A model generated the notes under the pieces. The model was given only the letters and a program-made list of their open reading frames with translations, searched no databases and was not told the origin of the DNA. The translations under genes were made by a program, and so were the position numbers. Of a stretch of DNA of 64,000 nt, positions 35,901-48,374 are shown one piece after another. This DNA is from Oculina patagonica. Lineage: Eukaryota. Every line of letters begins with the position of its first letter. Position 1 is the first letter of the stretch. The stretch is from contig NC_135758.1 of assembly GCF_052425735.1 (NCBI RefSeq), positions 29,636,001-29,700,000 on the forward strand, given 5' to 3'.

Positions 35901-38559
35901 GCTGAGGTAAAGAAACAATCATTACTCAATAAACTGGATTGTATTTCTTCATTCTGCTCTCTAAGGTAAAAAAGAACCAACATCTGATAAGGCATTTGAC
36001 TCCTGGTAGTGTTTTACGACCTACTGCTTAATTCATTACAGCCACCAACATAATCCTCTGAATAAATTTAAAATTTCATATGTTCCCTTGTCATCCTCCA
36101 TGTAAAGCCAGCTTCATACAATCAGGGTTCGTACTCTTTTGAGCTTTCGAAATTCCATGACTTTCCATGACCTTTTCCATGACTTTTCAAAGTTTTCCAT
36201 GACCTAAATTTGACCATTCTTCTCGAAAATTTTCAAAAATTATCTTGATTTCAGGTATGCCTAATTTAGTTTGTACAATCAACACCACTCTCCATGACTT
36301 TCCATGACCCACACTTAAATTCCATGACTTTCCAGGGCTGGAAAATGAAATTCAAAAATTTCATGACTTCCCAGGTTTTTCATGATCCGTACGAACCCTG
36401 CACCATGTACTTTTGGCAAGTCACATATTCTAACACTGCCTTCTTTTACTACTACAGGGTAAGAACATTGTGGAGATGTAGACTAGTTATATATGAATTG
36501 AGTTGATATTAAGAGACAATAAATTGATCAAAGACCCAAGAAGGAAAATATCATGAGTGCAATGAATTGGCAAGCAGCTGTTTGCTACACTAACCGTTCT
36601 AGGATGACAAATCGCAACAGACAGGATAACCTCATTCAACTTAATCTCTTGATATGCTTGGGGTTCTTTAGTGGGTAGCATTTCCTGTAATAAAAATAAA
36701 ATCTGCATTATTAAAAGTACAGCGCAACAATAACAATGTTATAAAAAACATGACTGGAAATATGTTACCTGAAAAATCAGAAGGCAATCGGTACAACAAA
36801 AATGCTGGCATGATGCCAGAACTTCAGTTTCAAAGAAACTAGACTAAACAGCATGAGTCATGCATGAGCTAATACCTTTATAAGATAATTCACTTCTTTT
36901 CTGTGTGAGGTTAATTGCCCTTTCTTTTCTTTTACTAGCCTGTAATGAAGAAAAATATCCAGTTTATGTTCTAATCTTTTCCCACTCACATATCCTAAAC
37001 TGAATTTTGTAGTTTTGAGACTAAAAGTATTCTCTACATTGTAATCAATTATTTTTTTTGTTATAATAAGAGCTGCTGCAAGTTTATTTACGTAACTGAT
37101 AGTTAACATGTCAACAAACAGATTTTCTGGCCATCATATAAACCATACATGCACATTGTACAGTTTAGAACTACCACAGTTTACAAAATGAACAAAGATC
37201 TTAAAGCTGCCACTCTTAACATTTTTGCAAGGATCCTTCACGGATCCTTCAAGGTTCCACTCGTGACTCAGAAAAGTGTCTGTTGTCCGTATTACAGTGC
37301 GACGCGCCTTACCGTGGCCACCCAACAAACATTTTTACAAGTGTACTCTCTTGACGAACACGCCTTCTTGCAAAGTTGAATACGATCAAATAGAAACTTG
37401 TTACATCATATTTATCAACAAAACGCAGTGAAAACGTAAAATATTACGAGAATACACTTGTGAAAAAGTTTGTTGGGTGGCCACGGTAAGGCGCGTCACA
37501 CTATAATGGAGGTCCGTAATAAGCAGGTTAATTTTAGAGAAAATACATGTATATGAGACTTTTGTGGGGATAAACAAAACTGACAGACTGAATAATTTCC
37601 TCACACTTTTAATAATGAAATAACTGAATCATGTAGAGCACATGTTCTTACAATTCATTCTACTCACTTCAGGGTATGAAGCTCTACCCCTTCAGGAATT
37701 GGATCCTTAAAAATATCAATTGATTCCAGACCTTCTGTGTCAGCTGGACACTGAAAAGTAAGCAGTGAACTGTTATCGGAGCTGTAAAAATTATTAAATG
37801 GTAGCTTGATGATAGATCAACAACGTCATAATTTGAGGAATTCTATAACTTGCATGCAAGATACCATACCATAGCCTACCATACCATACCATAGCCTGAA
37901 CACAGTAAACAGTACCATAAGTTGGTACATTGACAAAGGAACCTGCATTGTGTAAAACCCTTGGCGTAGACTAAAAAACCTTTGTGTATCTTTGGCATGG
38001 TGTGTACACAGAAGGCACCCTGGCTCAAATTATCTGACTGACTATTAAATACCTTTAAATTGCTTGGACTTTTCCACATGGAAGAATTATAAAAGAAAAG
38101 AAAAGATGATATTGAGTCAAAAAAATTATACATGTATCATAAAAGACCATAATTTATAAAAAATAAGGTACAGTGTAAGCTTAAAGTGAGGGCCTGGGTG
38201 GGAGGCGGGTCACATCTGACAAATGACAAACTGGAACAAGTCATGTATTGAAGCACTAGGGCCACAGAGCTGTAACAAAAATCCCTTGGTTGTTACTAAG
38301 GAGGTAAAGAAGTTTAATATGAATGTCTTTTCTTCTTGCACCTTTGAATCTAGCTAGATTAATCTGTCAAACCTAATTACCTGCACACTTCACTTAAATC
38401 TGTCACTATTTCCATTGTTACATCCATTTCCTTCGCCATGTCTGTAAGTTCAAGTTCTACCTTTTTCCTTTCATATTGAGACGGCTCAAGAAACTCCAGA
38501 AACTGCTCTTTAAACTGTTTTACTGAAATCAACGAAGAACACTCTCCTCTAGCCGCCAT
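32956..38559 (-). CDS. SNAPC3: snRNA-activating protein complex subunit 3 (SNAP50)
   Basis: Exons, all GT-AG and in phase: 38381-38559, possible micro-exon 38053-38068, 37668-37750, 36876-36939, 36595-36684, 35863-35901, 35177-35278, 34233-34315, 33979-34155, 33394-33501, 32956-33100. Diagnostic peptides: [60 protein letters not shown]...[14 protein letters not shown]...[11 protein letters not shown]. Confidence 0.92.
33570..33810. repeat. (GACT/GACC)n and (AAAC)n simple repeats spanning an N gap (33659-33786)
   Basis: Directly visible, in a SNAPC3 intron. Confidence 0.9.
36123..36400. mobile_element. hAT-like MITE
   Basis: TIR CAGGGTTCGTAC / GTACGAACCCTG with many internal CCATGACTTT subrepeats. 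TSD not evident. Confidence 0.65.
37291..37507. mobile_element. MITE with ~60-bp TIRs
   Basis: ATTACAGTGCGACGCGCCTTACCGTGGCCACCCAACAAAC is inverted as GTTTGTTGGGTGGCCACGGTAAGGCGCGTCACACTATAAT. Confidence 0.7.
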
Positions 38560-38878
38560 TTTGGAGTTGTGGTGCACGAGATCTTACGTTTGTTTTGATT
38601 GGACAAGCGGTCTTGAATCTGGAACTGGCCAATCCAAACGTTTGTTATAAAATGTTTTTATTTATCATTATGGTCTGTTTTCCTGTTTTCCAATCAATAC
38701 AGCTGGGTCCATCCATATGCGGAAGGTTGTGGAAAGATCTTAATTTAGAGACCTTCGATCATTGAGACAGCGTTAAATACGACTTATTAGGGACAAATAT
38801 TCGTTTGTCTTTTTTCCTCGGGAGTGCCCCTCTGCTAAGTCGCAGAACTTATGGAAATCTGACGGGTGAATTCGCGAA
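38560..38878. promoter_or_regulatory. Bidirectional promoter shared by SNAPC3 and BTBD1/2
   Basis: Divergent ATGs are separated by only 319 bp. CCAAT boxes at 38598 (-), 38629 and 38690. A YY1-like GCCGCCATTTT overlaps the SNAPC3 start. Confidence 0.7.
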
Positions 38879-41800
38879 ATGAGTTCATCCCCGTACAACT
38901 GGCAGTCCGAGAAAACTTCTGTGCAGGACGCGATCTCCTTCCTCTTTAACAACGAAATATTGAGCGATGTACATTTTATGGTAGGAAAAGGCACTCAACG
39001 GCGCCGAATTCCCGCTCACAAGTTTGTACTCGCTGTAAGAAGTGCTGTCTTTGATGCTATGTTTAATGGTGGAATATCAACACAATCAGACGAAGTAGAA
39101 TTGCCCGACGTTGAATATTTAGCTTTCCAGTCTTTACTTCGCTTTTTGTACACTGACGAGGTGCAAATTGGACCTGAAACAGTAATGACGACGCTTTACA
39201 CTGCCAAGAAATACGCCGTGCCAACTCTGGAAAACGCGTGTGTAGATTTCTTGAAGAAGAATCTGAGCGCCGACAACGCGTTCATGTTGCTGAGCCAAGC
39301 AAGGCTGTTTGACGAACCCCAGTTAGCTGCCTTGTGTCTTGAATGCATTGACAAGCACACTGCCGAAGCACTTTCAGCTGAAGGATTCACTGACATTGAT
39401 TTTGACACTTTTTGTGTCGTTTTGCAAAGGGACACTTTGTCAATCCGTGAAAGCCTTCTGTTCGCTGCAGCTATACGATGGGCTGAACACGAATGTCAAC
39501 GAAAGAGAATACCCAGCACTGCAGAAAATAAAAGGTCAGATTATCGAAGAGAATTATTTTTATAGAAATGTTGTGATTCGTTTCGACGCACCATTCATCT
39601 CTGAAACTGAACACCCCTTCATCTTGTTTTGTGCCTGTGGTGTTCAATGGTGGGGTGGGGTGGGGTGGGGTTGGGTGTTGTGGGGGATGGAATTTATGTT
39701 CAGTGAATATTCCAGACGTAATCTTATTCAATTTGTCTTATCTGGTATCATAAAGCCCTTTGTTTTGACTTGTGATGGAAATGCAAAACCAATCCACTAC
39801 ATCTTGCAATGGTAGCCTACTAGGAAAAAAAGAAAGAAATTTATTGCAATCAGTGCTTGCATAATGTTGTGTGTATAAATTGAGGTACCCTGTTTTATCA
39901 GTCACAGGAGTCATGAGTCAGAGTCAACAAGAACCAATGAGGGAGATGGGGGGGGGGTACTCCATCTCAGACTAAAGAGTTAAATTGTATACCCCATCTC
40001 AGAAGAAGAAGTGAAGAAATTGTTTTTATTTTTAAATTGGGTTATTCCAGAAAAAATCCACACCCCCCTGACGGATGGCAACATTTTTTGACCCCCCCTT
40101 CTGCCCGGATTTCCCAGATCGCTAGACCCCCCCCTCCCGCCCGGATTTCCAAGCTCAAGAACCCCTCCTCCCGCCCGGATTTCCATTTTTTTTAAAGGCC
40201 CTAACTGGACACAACAGGCAATACAAACGACGCAACCTTTCTTACAAAAGATCCCTGTTTATTATAATTTTTAAAACTGGGCTAATGTTGCGAATTTTGC
40301 TGGTCAAATTTCAACGATCGCACGTGTGTTTGTGTGACCTCCGGCACACTCTCCTCTAAAATGCCACTTGTTTTTTTCGTCAAACAACAAATGTACAAGA
40401 TAAGAAATATGTAAGTCTTAAAAATTATGTAAATGTAAGAAAAAACACAGTAAAAAAAGTCCTTAATGCGCTAATAAAGAAAAACTATAATTTTAGTTGT
40501 CGGTGACAAGGCGGCCTAAATTGGCGCGTGTTTACAAGATCGAGTTCGTGTTTATGTACCTATCAATGGTTTGCCCCAGGATGGGGGGGGGGGGCAACCC
40601 ACGGGAATTTGACATCGTAAATTCTCCCAGGGTAGGGATTTTGACATCTAAAATGGTCTGCTGGGTTAGAAATTTAAGAGGAGATATGTGAAATTTGACA
40701 TTTACTAGGTGCCCAGGGGTGGGGAAATCAACTTTGGATTCCAAAAAATTTCAAATTCCCCTGGGGTTGCCCGCCCCCCCCCCCCCCATCCTGGGGCAAA
40801 CCATTGATAGGTGCATTACAAGATCGAGTTCTCGCTAGTGTGACACTTCTTAAGCTTAGCAATAAAGCCTTTTGAACTACAATAATTTTAAATTTTGTTA
40901 CCTATATGGGTGTGTAGGTCAACTGGAGCTCTTGCCTTTCTTTCAAAAATTTAAGTTTTCATGCGTAATGTCCACGGTTCCTAACTTGTTAACATATCGA
41001 TCGTAAGACATGGATTAATTCAACTTCAACTTCAACTTGGAAGTAGCCAAATAATACACAAATTGTGTATACACATGTTAGCTCTAGCCAGCAAAAGGAG
41101 TTCTCGGGTTGGCTAAAAAAAAACCCAGAAAAGTGCAGCCGGACCGATCGTCTTTTCTTCGCATTTTTGAGGATGTTGCAAAGCACGGCGCGGGTGGCCT
41201 GGGTACCGTAAAAATGTTCCAGGCGTTGCATGCTCGGTCGAAAGTGTTTTTTCCGATCGTAAAGGTGTTGTTATCCATTTATCGCGCTGGTTCTTCATGA
41301 ATAAAAGGACCTATGAAGGTAAACTTGAAGCATATGAGGTAAGAACACCATAAAGTGGAAGACTACAAGATTTTTCGATGCAAACTTCTTCTTTTAAGTG
41401 GTAAAACATATCGATCGAGTTAAAGTTAAAAGTGACCCCCGAGGAAGAATTTTTAGGTTCAGACCCCCCCTCCCGCCCGGATTTCCCGAGCCATTAACCC
41501 CCCCCCTCCCGCGAGAATTTCCAGTTTGCCATCCGTCGGGGAGGTGTGTATTTTTTCTGGAATAACCCATTTTCGCAATATTTATAAAAATACAATACAA
41601 TAATATTTACATTGCTGTTATCCATTTTCTCCACATTACTACAACACCCTTCATTTATTTTCACACTTTTCAAAACAACCTGATTTGGACAAACAAAAAG
41701 ATTTAAAATTGACGTTATTTTTCCCCTTTCAAAACAGTGACCCCATTTCCAGTTACCATGGTCATTTTATATAACATGAATTAAAAAACCTTTTCTGCTT

Positions 41801-42504
41801 CTGCTGTATTTATGAGATTTTAAAATACTGTTGTGATGTTTTCTTGCAGAAATGTACTCTCAAAAGCCTTGTACATGATTCGTTTTCCTCTTATGAGTAT
41901 TGAAGAGTTTGCTCAGAGTGTCGCACAATCTGGAATCCTTACAGACAAGGAAGTAGTCAGCTTGTTCCTTCATTTCACGGTGAATCCTAAACCACAGGTT
42001 CAGTTCCTGGACAGGCCACGCTGTTGTTTGACTGGCAAGGAGAAGGCAATATGTCGCTTTCAAAAAGTCGAGAGTCGCTGGGGCTACAGTGGCACAAGTG
42101 ACAGGATACGTTTTAACTGTAACAGAAGAATTTTTGTGGTGGGTTTTGGCCTGTATGGGTCCATGTATGGTCCGAGTGATTATCAAGTTACAATTCAAAT
42201 TATTCAAACTGATACAGGTAAAATCTTGGGTCATAATGACACTGCATTTAGCAGCGATGGCAGCGACTCTACATTCCGTGTCATGTTTAAGGAGCCAATT
42301 GAGATTCTCCCTGGTGTAGGCTACACTGCCAGTGCAACTCTCAAGGGTCCTGATTCACACTACGGTACTTCAGGAGGAAAGAAGATTATTTACGAGACAG
42401 AGCACAAGGAGAAGATAATTTTCCAGTTTTCGTATGCCACGGGAAATAACAATGGAACTTCCATAGAGGATGGGCAGCTACCTGAAATAATATTTTACAC
42501 CTGA
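38879..42504 (+). CDS. BTBD2: BTB/POZ-BACK-PHR domain protein, BTBD1/BTBD2-like (436 aa)
   Basis: Exons 38879-39534 (AG|gtcaga) and 41850-42504 (ttgcag|A). Motifs: [75 protein letters not shown]. Probably co-orthologous to vertebrate BTBD1 and BTBD2. Confidence 0.92.
40038..41569. mobile_element. 1.5-kb non-autonomous TIR element in the BTBD intron, carrying a nested MITE (~40554-40816)
   Basis: Outer TIR TGGGTTATTCCAGAAAAAAT..ACACC..CC.GACGGATGGCA with subterminal CCCGGATTTCC repeats. Inner TIR ATGTACCTATCAATGGTTTGCCCCAGGATGGGG. Confidence 0.8.
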
Positions 42505-42633
42505 TAAAAAGAACAAGAAACAGTATAGGCATCACCATATGCACATTACAATGTATTTACATTATTATTTTTTCAAGAATCTGTTCAAAATTATACTATT
42601 GTTCCAGTACTGCTTGTGGCAGACCTTTTTTAA

Positions 42634-42792
42634 GGACGGTGCCTCCTAAATACAAAGATCTTTTGCATGGTTCATGACTATGCAGAAAAAGTAGATCTTA
42701 GCAAGGACCCCAAGCACACCCTTCCAGTGTAATCAATGCCCCCTTGCATGATGCTTAGAATATGTGTGCAATAACAAAGGGAGGCACCGTCC
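42634..42792. mobile_element. TTAA-TSD MITE in the BTBD 3' region
   Basis: TTAA|GGACGGTGCCTCC ... GGAGGCACCGTCC|TTAA. Confidence 0.75.
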
Positions 42793-43309
42793 TTAATAGT
42801 ACTAAGTACCGGTAATTTGATAAAGTAAAGGCCACACCTTTCTATTGAGGTCCTAGGATGTTGGATATCATGGAACCAGAGGGCTTTTTCTTCTTTTCTT
42901 AAAATCATGCCACAGCATTTCTTTCTAAACCCTGACTTGAGACTTCATGAGTTGCTGTGTATGGTTTATTGTGCTGTTAAACCCATAATCATTTAAAACA
43001 ACTGTACAGCCATCATGCCATAAGCTACTGATTCATTTGATCTTTCATAAGGGGCTATTACATGTATTAACTTTTAATAATTTCCAAGATAGGTGATACA
43101 AGTACAAGTGCAGAAGAACAAAGCTATTAGTATATAGAGAAACATTGGCTGCATTAGCAGGCATTGAAACACTTACATGTAGTTGACTAAGAACTCTAGT
43201 GGGCTAATTTGGGGTGGCAGAAAACAATTACCCAAGGGAATTTGACAGTTTATTGTAGATAATAGAATGAGGTAATGTATTAGCTTTGAGTGAACTGCAA
43301 CTATGCAGA

Positions 43310-43483
43310 GCATTATCCATACTCCTCACCCGGAAGGTTTTGTTTTGAACCCCCCAACCCTCTGGAAATTCCTGTAAAGCCCCATACTTCCCTGTAAAGA
43401 TTTTGGCCTTTAAGACCGCAACCCACTCAGAATTTCCATGACCTTCCATGGGGTGGGTATGGATATTTTCTGGAACTGCCCAA
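43310..43483. mobile_element. Short TIR element related to the 40038 family
   Basis: ATCCATACTCC... versus GGGTATGGATATTTTCTGGAACTGCCCA. Confidence 0.5.
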
Positions 43484-43844
43484 TTGAAAACACTTTTTGT
43501 TTTAAATTTAATGGCATGCCTTCTTGAGTATTGTTTGTTTGTTGTCAGTTAATCACTCTGCACATTTATGTTGCTCCACTACTGGCCCTTTTAGACACCG
43601 AGTGGTAAAGAAATCAAATTTGTGGGAAGTAGTTGTAATAGAAAGCATGCAGATGCATAATTTTTTTTTCAGTTTTGAAAATGTACCTGCCTAATTTGCA
43701 ATGTTTTGGTATTATAAGGATGTAGATTTTGGTTAGGGCTGGGGTCAAATACAGGTAATTGAAGTATTTCATTTCGTTGGTTAGTATAAGCAGGAATGTA
43801 CAGTTCCTCTACTTTATATAATGTACAAAGCAAATGCTTGTGTT

Positions 43845-44125
43845 AGAGCAGTTTACAATTGAGTGTCGTAAAACCAAAACCAAAGTAATTACTGCAGCCA
43901 ATCACAAAGGACTCAGTCAATCCAGTGAACCAATCAAAACTCGAAGCAAATACATGTAGCTGGCAGGAAGCGCGGGAAAACGTGCGCAAGCGAGTCACGA
44001 TTGGTTTGGTTTTAGTTCTGATTGGCTAAGAAAGTGGCGTGAGATTTTTAAGCCAATCACTGAGCGTAGTAATGCAAAACCAAAGCAAACGCAATTTACT
44101 TTCGGCACTAAGTGAAAACCGCTCT
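43845..44125. mobile_element. Uninterrupted MITE of the 11696 family
   Basis: AGAGCAGTTTACAATTGAGTGTCGTAAAACC ... TTTCGGCACTAAGTGAAAACCGCTCT. Confidence 0.75.
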
Positions 44126-45358
44126 ACAATTCTGTGTTAAAACAAATTATTGTTACTTTAGTAGAAATTGAAATTATATGTGATTTATTCTTCAGCGTAT
44201 AGTTATGTACATTTATGCCTGATGAACAGGTGTTGTTCGATTTATCATGCAGTCTTTTAAAAAGCTAGCGTGATGAAACCCAGTAAACATCTGCATAGTA
44301 TGCATATCAATTAAGGGATGTTGTGAATTGCTTTTTTCATTTGTATTTTGGATATTTAAATGATTGTAAATTACAGGTAATACAACTGTAGAAGAAAATA
44401 AACAGCTCTTTTGTAATTAGCCATATTAATAATGCTGGCTGTATTTGGCATTTGGTTTATGAAACTAGATGCAAAGATCCGCATAGACCTACACATGTAT
44501 TCAGTCTTTGATTTGATATCATAATCCTCTATGTTATGAATGCATAACAATACCTATACACCCAACCTATCTTGAGATTAAACCTCAGTTATATGATTAA
44601 GCAAGGCCCAAGAAAAATATCTTGTGTAGGGTAGGATTCAGGACCAACTTTTATAAGTTTTTTTCTTGACATTTTGAAGAAAAGTCAGGAAAGTTGAAAT
44701 TATAACACTTGAAGCCGTGAATAACACTTCAGGTCATGTGATCTCATTAAGCCCAGGCTGAAGGCCGCTACTATATCTGACATTTTGTATTTATTTGGTC
44801 AGAGAAATTTAATTTTATCAGGGAAAGGTCAGGAAATTTTGATAACCATTGTCTGTGGCAACCATGCCTTGGTAATAATTATATTCCATTATAGTGCGCA
44901 CTGCTTTACTAACAACAAACCCATTTGTCAGTGTTTCTATCAATGAAAATTCACATTTCAACTTCAACTTTTTATTATAATTACAACTTTTTTTTAGCAA
45001 TGGTTGATGAAAATAACGTGTTGAAATAAAGTTATATGTATCATCAAAAAGATGAAGACAAAGTAGGTCCGTATAGCGTACAGATGATCAAGTGCGGAAG
45101 GTGACTGCATAATTTGATAATCCGATATTGAGTACTGATTCAGATCAAGTGACATTGATTTAGATCTTTTCTCTCAAAAACTGACGAGCTATTACTTGGC
45201 AGGGTCTGGTGGTGTCACGTGGGACATTGGCCGGAGCTGAATGGGGCGTCTGAAAATCAAAAAAAAAAAAAGGGGAGGGGGGGGGGGGGGTTCCTTAACA
45301 TGTTTGAATGAAAATAGTTTCACTTGTTGTGGAAGCAATGAATATCGGTATCGTTATA

Positions 45359-45778
45359 CAGCTATTTCGAGAAACGTTGTCGGAAAAAAGCACAAAACTG
45401 CACAAGCCAATCCCTAAAGGTAGTATGGGTACACTTATTGAGCTACTGCACGTGTTGAATACTAATGAGATATAAAAAAAATAAGCGCAATTTTCAGGTT
45501 TTCTTTCTTTTCAGACATGTAGAAACAGGGTACGTTTAGACCCTCTGAAGTTCAGAAGAATTTTCCTCACTCAAAGACATGCGACAGTAAAAGTAAAGCT
45601 AGAGATATAGGCCTCCTGAGAAGAAAAAAAAATTCTCCACGTGCAAAAATACAAACTTGTAAATTTCCTCTAGGCCAATATGCAAAAAAAATACCAGTGA
45701 ATACCCAGACCACCTTTCGGTCTTGTCGCGTGCACTTTGTGTTTTTTTTTTTTCCGACAACCTTTCTCGAAATAGCTG
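45359..45778. mobile_element. Tc1/mariner-type MITE
   Basis: TA|CAGCTATTTCGAGAAA.GTTGTCGGAAAAAA ... TTTTCCGACAAC.TTTCTCGAAATAGCTG|TA. Confidence 0.8.
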
Positions 45779-46044
45779 TATACGGTAATAAACTGTTGCA
45801 TTACGTTGGCAAACAGATACAGGACTTAGCTTAAATATATATCATGGAGTCGACAAGGCAAGCCGATCTGGCTTTGTTTTAAGAAAAACACTTGAAGTAC
45901 AGAAAAGTATGGCTGCGAGCAGTCGGTTTTTGTTCGTGTCAGTCTCATCGCACGCTAGGAAAAGAAAGAGGCAGCTCGCAGTCTAAGAAAAGTAATAAAA
46001 TGCAAACAGCGGCAACAAACATGACACATGGACTGCTTACTTAT

Positions 46045-46465
46045 AATTACTTAATCCTTTTCGTTCCTAATTGGAACATAGGTCTTCATCTAGCGCGCGA
46101 CACCCTATTTTGTGCAGTGCCCTTTGCCTCATTCCACGTAAGGTGTTTCCTCTCGTGCGTCTCCAGGTGTGCTGGGGTCTCCCTCTCTTTGGCTTCCCCT
46201 GTGGGTTCCACTCATGTGCCCTCTTGACTACATGTCCATCTGGTCTCCTCAGTGTGTGGCAATCCAACCCCAAGCTCTTTGTCTTATCTCTTTCTCTATC
46301 GGTCGCTGCTCTGTTTTGCTCCAAAGCTCCTTTTTACGGATTCTTTCTAGGTCACCAAATTCGCAAGATGTTCCTCAGGCTTTTATCGACACTTGCAGCT
46401 TCTTCTCCAGTCCCTTGGTCAGCCTCAAACTTTCAGAACCACACAAAAGCAACGCCTTCACATTT
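46045..46465 (-). mobile_element. Degenerate RTE-clade LINE 3' fragment
   Basis: Encodes HTLRRPDGHVVKRAHEWNPQGKPKRGRPQHTWRRT, with frameshifts. Confidence 0.75.
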
Positions 46466-47179
46466 GGACTACGCATGGTTTATTTGACGTTTGGTATGCT
46501 AGGTGTGGCAAGCGGAGAAAGGGGAGAGAAAAGGTCATAAAACACCCTGAGCAAAAACCAAAACCAAAAGTAACAACAACAAAAAAACTACTTAAAGGCC
46601 AAGGGTCAAGTTGAAGTTTCTCCCCAAGCCCCTCACGATCACTTTTGGCGGCGCTTGTCAGTTCTACTTCGTTCCCTTTTCTGGTTACCATGCTAGGACT
46701 TGTATGAATTTCGCCAGGTTCAGAAGCTGAAAAAGTGTCACAAAAATGACTCTGGGTGCGACGAAACAGCGGGTATAACCACGTAAAATTGGTGAGTTAA
46801 ACTTCACTTATAGTAAGGAAAACTAGTACATAGTTCATTAAATAAAGCTCTTTAGAAATGTTGTTTAAAAGAAAAGAAATTTAAACATGCGCAAGTAATT
46901 GAATTTGAGTAACTTTTCCGTTAGTTTAACCATTGTGTGTATATGCTAAAGATTTCTTAGTATAATTTCAAAAAGTCTCAAACCAATTCAGTCAAAGTTT
47001 CAGTTGTAATCAGTTTAATAAATTTATCGATCACCCATGATTATTATTTAGTTACACTCGAAACGTTAACAAACAAGCCTCATTCAACATTACCTCGTGC
47101 TTCATTCTTAGGATTACAAAGTTGCTAGGAAATGAAAGACTCAGAGAAAGAAAACCTTTGTCGTGCGAGTTCGTAACTG

Positions 47180-47411
47180 GGGCCCGTTTCTCGAAAGCCC
47201 CTAAAACTTTTCGGGCCCGTAAAGTCATTTTAAATTATCTGTATTTTAAAAACAGAGAAGTGTATTGGCCTGAAACTTTGTATGAAGGAAACCTCTGTTT
47301 ATATGAAAAAAATCATGGAATTAATTAAACAGCTCTGTAATTATAAGGTTTGAGATTTTGCTATGGCTTTTCGGGTGCGAGAACTTTTCGGGACCTTCGA
47401 CAAACGGGCCC
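47180..47411. mobile_element. PIF/Harbinger-type MITE
   Basis: CTG|GGGCCCGTTTCTCGAA ... TTCGACAAACGGGCCC|CTG (CWG TSD). Confidence 0.75.
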
Positions 47412-48295
47412 CTGGTTCGTCATTACAAGTCACAATTGTATTGATTTAAGTCGCGTCTCTATCTTTGTATTATCCGGATTTCGCTTAGAAAACATAATAA
47501 CAAAAGCTTTAGAGCATCTCTTCAATTATTAAAGTCTATGTATTTCGATAGGTTCCTTGACACAAGAATGATTTCTGACATTTTAATTTGTTTTACTCAA
47601 GCAGTTTATTTGATGCCGAAGCTCAGGTACTCGGGATGTCTTCCCACCTAGAAAGGGATATTTTAAAAAAAGTGATATAAAGAAAATTTAAAAATTGATT
47701 ATCAGGCGCTGTACGTTTTGCATAACAAAGCACCAAAAAAGGTGTTTAATATTTGAATGGTTATAAATTATAACAGTGGAATAGAACTAAGACAAAACAA
47801 CCGATACTCAACTTAGCATGTCCACTAGCATGACAAACTTACGAAAATAAAATACAAACAGTTTTTTCTTCAGTCCAATCAAAAGAAATCATTCGTTGCC
47901 AGTCGGTGTAATATTTTTTTCTTTCTTCCACTCAGGCTAATAACACTTTCTCGGGGCTTATATAAAAGCGAACCAATTTCATTAGAAGCTCATTTTATTA
48001 GATACGTTATGCCGTCATTCAAATACATTACGACAGAATGGACTACAGATTACGAGCAGTTCTCTTTTGCCGTGAGAAAAAAATATAACTCCCGCAGAGC
48101 GCACGGAAACTCGTCTTTGTACACGCGACAAAGTGATAACTGTATTAAAGTGATATGCAATTCTGAACATAGACATGAACAATTGCAAATTAATAGCCAA
48201 CAACCAGTGCTGGGAAAATATTTTTTACTAGTATTGGTGCATGCTTGATATTGTTCCCACACTGTATTACAAAAAGCACCTGATCAAGCTTAGGC

Positions 48296-48374
48296 CAACC
48301 TCGTTCCCAGGGTATCTCTCTCCCCGTCCCCCAGAGCGGGGGGCGGGTAAAGAGAGACCCTGGGAACGAGGTTG
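48296..48374. mobile_element. Hairpin MITE with 9-bp TSD
   Basis: CAACCTCGTTCCCAGGGT / ACCCTGGGAACGAGGTTG. TSD AGCTTAGGC. Confidence 0.8.

Noticed and set aside
36140-36390. Regularly recurring CCATGACTTT units resembling a CRISPR-like array
   Set aside because: These are subterminal repeats inside a hAT-like MITE, with no constant repeat-spacer period, in a eukaryotic context.
36768-36843. Possible extra SNAPC3 exon
   Set aside because: It has an open frame and a donor, but the upstream intron would be only ~32 nt and I see no recognisable homology.
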